From Candidatus Omnitrophota bacterium (lineage in GTDB: Bacteria; CAIJMQ01), in contig JAHJCU010000005.1 of NCBI GenBank assembly GCA_018812925.1, forward strand, positions 145,955 through 209,954: a stretch of DNA of 64,000 bases. The letters are read 5' to 3'. The position numbers and the translations under genes were made by a program. Positions 56,428 through 64,000 of this stretch are shown piece after piece (the first letter of the stretch is position 1; every line of letters begins with the position of its first letter). The notes under the pieces were generated by a model. The model did not search any database and was not told the DNA's origin. It was given only the letters and a program-made list of their open reading frames with translations.

Positions 56428-57977
56428 AACGACTGATTTTCATAGTTATATTGCTTTTTGCTGTCGTAAAAGTTGAGGCCTCTATTTCATTGTCTGTGAA
56501 GGAATCCGACCGCAACTTTTTTTCAAAAGAGCAAATTGAATGCACTCTATTTATTTGTAACGATACATTAGAGGCTAATAATATAATTGTTAAATGGAAA
56601 ACTTCTGTTTTTTCAGCTGTAATTCAGGAAGGTGAAGAAAAAATAGAGTTAGGAGAACTTGAAGGTAAAGCTGTTCAAATTACTCTGGAAATGCCGGAAG
56701 TAAAACATCGTTCTCCTTTTGTTTTGAAGGTGCAGATAATCTGTGATGAAAAATTAGAAGTAGAAAAACAATGGGATTATTCCGTTTTTCCGGAAAATAT
56801 ATCAGATACAATCAAAAACATTCTCAAGAATAAAGAAATAGGGGTTTTTGATTCTCCAGGGAAAATAAAACAAATATTTAATGAATATGAAATTCCTTTT
56901 ACTTCATTAACCAATCAGTTAAGCACCCAAACTTTTGAAGGGGATTTAATTATTATCGGTCCGGAAGAAAATGCAAGACAGCTAATAAATATTCTCCCTA
57001 TTCTTAAAGATAAAACAACAGAAGGGATTTCAGTTATATCTTTTCAGAAGGAATGGGACATAGAAGACCAGTTTCTTATTTCTCTAACAAACATTTCAAC
57101 CCAACCATTAGAGATAAAAAAGATAGAAATTCTTTCACCGGATCACCCCGTTTTTACAGAGCTTAATGAAAATGATTTGAGTAATTGGCGAGAAGATGAG
57201 GTGGTAACTAATTTCCCTCTAATAAAACCTATTAAAGGGAATTTTAGGATTTTGGCAGAAGCAGAGTTCTCAACTTCTGCTTTGTCGGAAGTTATTTTAG
57301 GAGAAGGTAAATTCATATTCTGTCAATTACAGGTAATTGATAAATTCCAGTCAGAGCCAATAGCTCAAACTCTCTTTGCAAACCTCATTAGATATGCTCT
57401 CATTAAACAAGAACCTCTGCAATCGGCAGTCATTTATGGCAATCCGGAAACAGGGATTATGGAAATTCTAAATTCTCTAAGTGTTGCAAAAGATACTACT
57501 GGAGATTCAAATTTCGTAATAGCGTGTATTGATGAGGATTCAGAGGAATTTATTAAAAAACTTCAAACACAAGCCTCTTCACATATAAAAGAGATTACTA
57601 AGAATGGCGGGTTAATTCTTATATTTGCAACTTTCCCGGATGCTGTTGTTCTTCTTGGAATTAAAGAAGACATTAAACGCATGAAAATTGCTCCGTTGGG
57701 ACAACAGAGGATATATTATCGTCATGAAGAGATTATTGCTTTAGATAATAGTAGTCCCTTATTGTGGGGGATTAGTGAGGACGAAAGCAACTTGTTAATG
57801 AAAAGAGGAAAGATGTTTAAACTTCAATTTGGAAATGCAGATGTAGTTATTTGCCAATCTCTATTTAATGAAGTTGACCCTGTAAGTATAAGAACAATGT
57901 CTCAACTAATTACAAATTTTGGAATAAAAATAGAAAAGGATGTAGTCAATGAAAATGGGGAAGCAAATATTGAATAA
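56424..57977 (+). CDS. Secreted hypothetical protein
   Basis: Signal peptide; HPVF..L...DLSNW and GEGKFIFCQL...EP.A..LF.NL resemble accessory domains of large glycosidases. Confidence 0.7.
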   Translation: MKRLIFIVILLFAVVKVEASISLSVKESDRNFFSKEQIECTLFICNDTLEANNIIVKWKTSVFSAVIQEGEEKIELGELEGKAVQITLEMPEVKHRSPFVLKVQIICDEKLEVEKQWDYSVFPENISDTIKNILKNKEIGVFDSPGKIKQIFNEYEIPFTSLTNQLSTQTFEGDLIIIGPEENARQLINILPILKDKTTEGISVISFQKEWDIEDQFLISLTNISTQPLEIKKIEILSPDHPVFTELNENDLSNWREDEVVTNFPLIKPIKGNFRILAEAEFSTSALSEVILGEGKFIFCQLQVIDKFQSEPIAQTLFANLIRYALIKQEPLQSAVIYGNPETGIMEILNSLSVAKDTTGDSNFVIACIDEDSEEFIKKLQTQASSHIKEITKNGGLILIFATFPDAVVLLGIKEDIKRMKIAPLGQQRIYYRHEEIIALDNSSPLLWGISEDESNLLMKRGKMFKLQFGNADVVICQSLFNEVDPVSIRTMSQLITNFGIKIEKDVVNENGEANIE

Positions 57978-58014
57978 TCACTCGATTTATTCGGGTAAAA
58001 AGGAGGGTAGGCGT

Positions 58015-59091
58015 ATGAAAAATAGGATAGGTAAAAATGCAGTGATGTTAGCGCTACTATTCGTTTGCTTTGTTTCTCTTGCAGGATTCACTTATGCAGA
58101 GCAATTAACTGTGGCGATTCTTAACTTTGATACAAAAGAGGTAAAAGAACTTACAGCCCAAGATAAAAGTATTGGTATTTTGGGTGCAAAAATAGCTGAT
58201 TTGTTAGCCGTGGAACTTTCTATTGATCCCAACATCAGCTTGGTAGAAAGAGATAAATTAGGTAATATCCTTGAGGAAATGGGGTTAGGCAGAACAGGTA
58301 TATTAGATGCAGAGCAAGCATCAAAGATTGGACAGATGACAGGGGCTCAAATTTTAGTTACCGGCCGTGCATTTACGTTAGAAAGAGAGTTGGTAATAAT
58401 TGCCAAAATTGTAGGGACAGAAACAAGCAAGGTCCAGGTAGTATTGGACAAAGGGAACTTATCTGAAGACCTGACTGCTATAGCAAAGAGATTGTCCCAG
58501 AAAGTAGCTTTGGTAATTCTTGAAAAAGGTTCTACTATGATAGCTAAAGAACCCAAGAAAGAGGAAGATAAGATACAAGAGCTTAAGGATAAAATAAATA
58601 ACAAAGATAAACCTAAAGTATTAGTAGCTATCTCTGAAAGACATGTTACTGGCGGAGCTATTGATCCCGCGGCAGAACAAGAGTTTACTTATATTTTGAA
58701 TGAATGCGATTTTATAGTAGCAAGTAAAAAAGGACTTGATTTAAGTGGTTGGGCAAAAGAATATCTTAAAGATGCAAATCTTAATATGCCTGTAAATATT
58801 GATGCAAATGTAATTATTGTTGGTGAGGCATTTAGCGAATTTGGAGCTCGGACAGGCAATTTGATTTCCTGTAAAGCACGAGTTGAAATTAAAGCTATTC
58901 AAGTTCGCGATAAGGAAACCCATGAAATCTTACAGACTCCTCAACTTTTAGCTATTGACAGGGAAACTAATACTGCGGTGGATTTATCCGAACAAATTAC
59001 TGCTAAAACGGCAATCCAAGAAGCTACCGCTAATATCGCTTATCGCATGATTCCAAAAATTGTAGAGAGGTGGAATAACAAAAATAATTAA
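58015..59091 (+). CDS. CsgG/HfaB-like secreted protein
   Basis: VAILNF, LVERDKL..ILEE..L..TG....A.KIGQMTGAQILVTG; GGAGG SD before ATG 58015. Confidence 0.8.
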   Translation: MKNRIGKNAVMLALLFVCFVSLAGFTYAEQLTVAILNFDTKEVKELTAQDKSIGILGAKIADLLAVELSIDPNISLVERDKLGNILEEMGLGRTGILDAEQASKIGQMTGAQILVTGRAFTLERELVIIAKIVGTETSKVQVVLDKGNLSEDLTAIAKRLSQKVALVILEKGSTMIAKEPKKEEDKIQELKDKINNKDKPKVLVAISERHVTGGAIDPAAEQEFTYILNECDFIVASKKGLDLSGWAKEYLKDANLNMPVNIDANVIIVGEAFSEFGARTGNLISCKARVEIKAIQVRDKETHEILQTPQLLAIDRETNTAVDLSEQITAKTAIQEATANIAYRMIPKIVERWNNKNN

Positions 59092-59106
59092 ATGTAAGAA
59101 CTAATA

Positions 59107-62100
59107 ATGACAAATAAATTCTTACATATCAGCTCTCTTGTGCTTTTGCTCTTCATCTTACTGGTAGGAGCAAATGCACAAGGGGTATCTGAAACAAAAT
59201 CCCAACCAACAATTGCGGTATTGGGGACAATATCTGAACTATCTGATTTATGCGCGCTTGTTGAGGCAGGGCTATTTCAGAAAGGGATTAATTTAGTTGA
59301 ACGGGCAAAGATAGATAGCATATTAAAAGAACAAAAATTAACTGCTTCAGGACTTGTTGACAGAGATAACCTTATTAAATTAGGACAACTACTTCGAGCA
59401 GACGGTTTTCTATTGATATCCATAGAAGAAGAACAAAAAGAAATCAAAGATAAGCCGCAAGAAAAAGCTCTTCCAATTCTCCGTATTCGCCTTATCGACA
59501 CAGCATATGGACTGCGTTTTCTGGATACATTTGAAGAATGGGACAGCACAAAACTAAAAGAAACCGCAGAGAGGATTACAGAAAATGTATCTGCAATAGC
59601 TCCTAAACTAATCTTGCCCCCTGATAAAGCAATTCCGATAGGTATTGTTGGTATTCACCGAGTTGAATTAGATGAACGCTACCAATGGCTTACAAGAGCA
59701 TTACCAACAATGCTTTCTGCGCGTCTAAATAAAGAACCACGAATAATAATGCTTGAAAGAGAAGATTTGAAGATGTTATTAGATGAGAAACTTCTAACAC
59801 AAGGAAAAGATACGGCATTCTGGGGTTCAGCAATATTAATTGACGGATATCTACAAAGAGAAGACAAGGAAGGAATAAAACTGCAAGGAGATAAAGAAGA
59901 AGTAAAGTTGCAACTTCAGATAAAGGATTTCGCAGGTAAAGAAAGAGCTGTTTTTACAGAGTTGGTTAATCCTGATAAACCACTAACAGCAGTAGACAAA
60001 GTAGTACTCAACATTATTAAAGGATTACTCAATGCGCCATCTATAACTGTATGGGAACCAGAGAAAGAAGCGGAAGAGTTTTTTCGGCAAGGAGAACTTC
60101 TTAGGAAAAATAGAAGAAACAAAGATGCAATAGCACCGCTTGAAACGGCTTATGCTCTTCAACCTGATAATGTTTCTTACACTGGAGCACTTTTTGAGAA
60201 TGAATGGGATACGCGTTTTACAGACGAGTGGGAAATGAAATGGGGCTCATATGCTAAACGTGTAGCAACAGGTATTTCTTATTATTCGGATTTAGAATTG
60301 GCTTACGTAGTTTCTCGCTTGATTCGACAAATAAAAGCAGGATATGAGAGTGGGGCAATACTTGCAAATGAGGCGTTTAAATGGCAAGAACTAATTGGGA
60401 AAGGATACACTTCTAGTAATCGGAATCAGAGATATTTAGTAAACTCTGTTTCCACCTCTACACAAGAGGTTAGGGACATAAACCGAGAGAACCGTAGAAT
60501 TTGGGTAGAACTTGTGAGGGAAATTATTAAAGCAAATCCTAATGATTGGCGTAGTAATCGTATATCTATAGATATAACTTGTATTAGTTCCGATGTTCCT
60601 GATGAGTTAATAAACAATATGAAGAAGATTTTAATGGAACTAATTATGCCTCCAGAAGATGGAGGAAAAATTCAATCATTTGATGAAAGATTTCGGCTTT
60701 GCGAGTATGCAATAGGCTCGGGGCTTTTTTACAATATGAGTCATATAAAAGACATGGGAAAATTTAACAAAATGTGGGAGGAATATCTTAAAGAATTGTC
60801 TGAAGTTAAAGATCCTTTAGTTAGATTTTATGGCTATATGACTTTATCAAATGATATAGCAAGAAGTGGAAGTAAAGAGGCGAAGGATTACTGTTTGAAA
60901 GCTATAGATATTCTATTAAATGAACTTAAAAGCCCCAATGAGCCTTTTGAAAATGAACATTTGAACAGCCCCAAATTTAATATTAGGAATGATATGAGAT
61001 TATGCATATCATTTGCCGGTTTTACTCCTATAGAAGAAATAAGCATCTATGAGAAGTTGTATTATTCCCTCATAGAAAATAATGATTGCGAGAATTTATC
61101 TGATTGGTGGGGATTTTGGCATGGCAGCCCATATCTTAATTGTAAAGACCCTGAAATAGCAAAACGCTATATTAAACTTTTGGAAGGGATAGCTGAGGTT
61201 ATGAAAAATTGCAAAGAAGACCGAGAGGCTTTAGAAAGATGGAGTAATATAACAGATTGGATAGCAGACACGAGAAAAACATTTCCCCAGTTAGAATTAG
61301 AAAAAACCCCATCCAATTTCTCTTTTCCTGTCAATATGCTTCTAAATAAAGAAAATTGGCCAAAGAAAAATATATCTTACGACTATTCAAAAGCATTACT
61401 CCAAAACAATATGCTCTGGGTTACTTTTGCAGAATCCTATGAAAAACCAATAATTGGACTTGCAGGCGTAGACCTTGAGAAGAAAAATTTAATCTCATTG
61501 TGGCAGGTTGATTTTGATAGAGATATAAAGGAGTGGAAAAAACTCTGCCTCCCTGTGGTAGATTTCTCCATGCCATTAAGCGGAGCAATAACAGGAATAG
61601 CAATAAATGAACATACCAGTTATATAGCGATGAGAGAAATAGGATTAGTAGAATTGCCTGGAGGTTCTGTTAGAGGTGTAAAATTATTTGAAAATCCCAA
61701 GATATTAACTGAAAAAGATGGGCTTCCATCGATATCAATTATGGGGATGGTTGGAGATGGGGATAAATTATGGATAGCTTATGGAGGCTTTGGTAAAGAA
61801 AGCGGGTTAGGTATATATACCCCTAAAACAAAGCATTGGGAAACAGTTCTTTGCAGTACAGTAAAAGGTGATACTCCTTTCAATATGGGTAATCCGTATG
61901 CCATATCAAACCTTACTTTTTCTCCAAAGAGAGATAAGTTATTTTTTATAGTAGGAGAAGTTGTTGATTCCCGTTGTTTGGGTTGCTTTGACGAGTGGAC
62001 CCATTTGTGGGGGCTTTGGAAAATTAATATCGAAACGAGAAAAGTAGAGTTTATATGGGATAGAGAACAAGATTGTGGTTATTACCCTGATGTAAAGTAT

Positions 62101-62520
62101 ATTATAGATTCAGGCTATAAATGGTGGCTAAAGATAAGAGAATGCCTTATAGAATTCGATCCCGATTTAGAAAAAGGGAAAATCATCGTGGGGGGTTATT
62201 ATGGGGAAATGTTATTAAGAGGGAAAAAACCAGTACCTCAATTGGAAATTGATTCTTCTTTTTCTAGGAAAAAGATTCCAATTGAATTGGGGAGCTTAAC
62301 TGTTCACAATGATAGATGCTGGGAAAGATTAGGTAACAATCAAATAATATCAATACATAAGGATGATAAAGGACATGAAGACACTAAAATATTTAATAAT
62401 GACATCTTAAATGGAGACGCCGTACGTGAATTTTTCAGCACACCTTATGGATTGATTGCTATCGGCAACGGAGTAGTAGGACTGATAGAAACCGAGAATA
62501 TAGATACAAAAAATGAATAG
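59107..62520 (+). CDS. Large secreted protein: two CsgG-like domains, TPR, C-terminal beta-propeller-like region
   Basis: LVERAKIDSILKEQKL..LGQLLRADG; second LEREDL..LLDE; TPR AIAPLETAYALQP; LTEKDGLPS..LWIAY blade motif. Confidence 0.75.
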   Translation: MTNKFLHISSLVLLLFILLVGANAQGVSETKSQPTIAVLGTISELSDLCALVEAGLFQKGINLVERAKIDSILKEQKLTASGLVDRDNLIKLGQLLRADGFLLISIEEEQKEIKDKPQEKALPILRIRLIDTAYGLRFLDTFEEWDSTKLKETAERITENVSAIAPKLILPPDKAIPIGIVGIHRVELDERYQWLTRALPTMLSARLNKEPRIIMLEREDLKMLLDEKLLTQGKDTAFWGSAILIDGYLQREDKEGIKLQGDKEEVKLQLQIKDFAGKERAVFTELVNPDKPLTAVDKVVLNIIKGLLNAPSITVWEPEKEAEEFFRQGELLRKNRRNKDAIAPLETAYALQPDNVSYTGALFENEWDTRFTDEWEMKWGSYAKRVATGISYYSDLELAYVVSRLIRQIKAGYESGAILANEAFKWQELIGKGYTSSNRNQRYLVNSVSTSTQEVRDINRENRRIWVELVREIIKANPNDWRSNRISIDITCISSDVPDELINNMKKILMELIMPPEDGGKIQSFDERFRLCEYAIGSGLFYNMSHIKDMGKFNKMWEEYLKELSEVKDPLVRFYGYMTLSNDIARSGSKEAKDYCLKAIDILLNELKSPNEPFENEHLNSPKFNIRNDMRLCISFAGFTPIEEISIYEKLYYSLIENNDCENLSDWWGFWHGSPYLNCKDPEIAKRYIKLLEGIAEVMKNCKEDREALERWSNITDWIADTRKTFPQLELEKTPSNFSFPVNMLLNKENWPKKNISYDYSKALLQNNMLWVTFAESYEKPIIGLAGVDLEKKNLISLWQVDFDRDIKEWKKLCLPVVDFSMPLSGAITGIAINEHTSYIAMREIGLVELPGGSVRGVKLFENPKILTEKDGLPSISIMGMVGDGDKLWIAYGGFGKESGLGIYTPKTKHWETVLCSTVKGDTPFNMGNPYAISNLTFSPKRDKLFFIVGEVVDSRCLGCFDEWTHLWGLWKINIETRKVEFIWDREQDCGYYPDVKYIIDSGYKWWLKIRECLIEFDPDLEKGKIIVGGYYGEMLLRGKKPVPQLEIDSSFSRKKIPIELGSLTVHNDRCWERLGNNQIISIHKDDKGHEDTKIFNNDILNGDAVREFFSTPYGLIAIGNGVVGLIETENIDTKNE

Positions 62521-64000
62521 AAAATTTTTGAGTTTTGCATTGCTTGTTCTAGTAATAATAATCCCATTAGAAGCGGCTGAGACAAAATCCCAACCAACAA
62601 TTGCAGTTCTGGGAACAACAACGGAACTGTCTGATTTATGTTCGCTTGTTGAGGCGGGGCTGTTTCAAAAAGGGTTGGCTTTAGTTGAACGGGCAAAAAT
62701 AGACAGCATATTAAAAGAGCAGAAGCTAACTGCCTCGGGACTCGTTGAACGAGATAATCTCCTAAAATTAGGACAATTAATCCGAGCAGATGGATTCCTG
62801 TTGATATCAATAGAGGAAGTCCCAAAAGAAAACAAAAACAAACTTCTTCGTATTCGTCTTATTGACACAGCACATGGACTATGTTTTCTGGATACCTTTG
62901 AATCTTGGGATGATACAAAATTAAAAGAAACTACAGAAAGAATTACAGGAAATGTATCTGCAATGGCTCCCAAACTAATCCTGCCTCCAGATAAAGCAAT
63001 CCCGATAGGTATAGTAGGTATTCATAGGGTCGAACTTGATGAACGCTATCAATGGCTTACAAGAGCATTACCTGTAATGCTGTCAGCACGTCTAAACAAA
63101 GAGCCAAGAATAATAATGCTTGAACGTGAAGACCTGAAGATGCTCTTGGACGAGAAACTACTGACAAAAGGACAAGACACAGCATTCTTAAATTCTGCCA
63201 TATTAATTGATGGATATCTACAAAGAGGAGAAAAGGAAGGGATAAAGCTACGAGATGAGGAGGATGAAATAAAGTTAGAACTACATATGAAAGATTTCTT
63301 AGGTAAAGAAAGAGCTGTATTTACAGAGTTAGTTCATCCTGATGAACCATTAACAACAGTAGAGAAAGTAGTACCCAACATCATCAAAGAATTACTTAAT
63401 GCTTCATCTATAACTGTATGGGAACCCAAGAAAGAGGCTGAAGAATTTTTCCTACAAGGAGATTTGTTAAAGAAACACGGAAGACACAAAGATGCAATAT
63501 CACCCCTTGAAACGGCATATGCTCTTCAACCAGATAATATTATTTACACAGGAGCACTTTTTGAGAATGAATGGGGTACTCGTGTTATACAGGGAGGACA
63601 TACTGTAGAAACAGGTATCTCTAATTATTCAGATTTAGAATTGGCTTGTACTGTCTCTCGTTTGGTTCGACAAATAAAAACGGGATACGAGAACGGTTCA
63701 GTATCTGCAGATGATATTCTAAAATGGGAAGAATTAATCGGTAAAGGAGGCGCTTGGAAAGGCGGCTATCTTATAAATTCCGCTTCGTCTTCTACTCAAG
63801 AAGTTAGAGATATAAACCGCGAAAACCGAAATTTTTTTGTAGAGATACTAAAAAAAATTAGTAAAAGAAACAATAACAGGTATCTTCCTTTAACTGCAGT
63901 TTACATTAGTTCTGACAATCCATACGAATTGATAAAAAACTTTAGAGAATTTGCGCAGGAAGTTATTTTGCCTCCTAAAATAGGCGAAATGGAGCAATCA
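62513..64000 (+). CDS. Tandem paralog of 59107-62520, truncated by the window edge; absent from the ORF track
   Basis: Manual translation MNRKFLSFALLVLVIIIPLEAAETKSQPTIAVLG...; frame open in the stretches checked, including the final 220 nt; highly similar to the upstream gene. Confidence 0.85.
   Translation, partial: MNRKFLSFALLVLVIIIPLEAAETKSQPTIAVLGTTTELSDLCSLVEAGLFQKGLALVERAKIDSILKEQKLTASGLVERDNLLKLGQLIRADGFLLISIEEVPKENKNKLLRIRLIDTAHGLCFLDTFESWDDTKLKETTERITGNVSAMAPKLILPPDKAIPIGIVGIHRVELDERYQWLTRALPVMLSARLNKEPRIIMLEREDLKMLLDEKLLTKGQDTAFLNSAILIDGYLQRGEKEGIKLRDEEDEIKLELHMKDFLGKERAVFTELVHPDEPLTTVEKVVPNIIKELLNASSITVWEPKKEAEEFFLQGDLLKKHGRHKDAISPLETAYALQPDNIIYTGALFENEWGTRVIQGGHTVETGISNYSDLELACTVSRLVRQIKTGYENGSVSADDILKWEELIGKGGAWKGGYLINSASSSTQEVRDINRENRNFFVEILKKISKRNNNRYLPLTAVYISSDNPYELIKNFREFAQEVILPPKIGEMEQS

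Noticed and set aside
215-62973. Numerous antisense and alternate-frame ORFs in the track (e.g. 215-928, 22563-23138, 46067-46642, 54461-54853)
   Set aside because: They overlap well-supported genes and show no recognisable motifs.
59107-64000. Diversity-generating retroelement explanation for the paralog pairs (also 20760-22341)
   Set aside because: No reverse transcriptase is in the window, the differences are not adenine-specific, and the similarity is N-terminal.

Overview
Low-GC bacterial chromosomal segment. DUF1559/H-X9-DG prepilin-like genes and the overall gene content suggest a PVC-affiliated anaerobe such as Omnitrophota or Ratteibacteria, but this is inference. The housekeeping backbone is ruvCAB, metG, pyrF, rpsO, infC-rpmI-rplT, pheS, a dcw cluster from mraZ to murC with a PilZ gene inside it, dprA, tsaD, ctpA, an unannotated 30-aa bS22/COX24-type ribosomal protein gene, dnaJ, argJ-B-D-F-G and folD. 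Accessory blocks are a GC-richer GH31 glycosidase, a frameshifted HEPN-like gene, a cNMP-domain/D-lactate dehydrogenase fusion, a secreted Ig/HEAT/permuted-NlpC operon, and an ECF sigma/anti-sigma operon with CsgG-like and tandem paralogous secreted proteins. Two observations stand out. (1) A cobalamin riboswitch, followed by both a terminator and an SD-sequestering helix, heads an operon whose first genes are two type IV prepilin-like H-X9-DG proteins, followed by split MetH modules and btuFCD, with no btuB; this is a candidate pilus-linked corrinoid capture system. (2) Many gene junctions carry palindromic 7-nt or 11-nt periodic repeat elements, which occur as empty hairpins, as inverted arms bracketing single accessory genes, and translated into protein termini. 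No rRNA, tRNA, CRISPR array or transposase was seen. All family calls come from motif recognition by eye, not from database searches.
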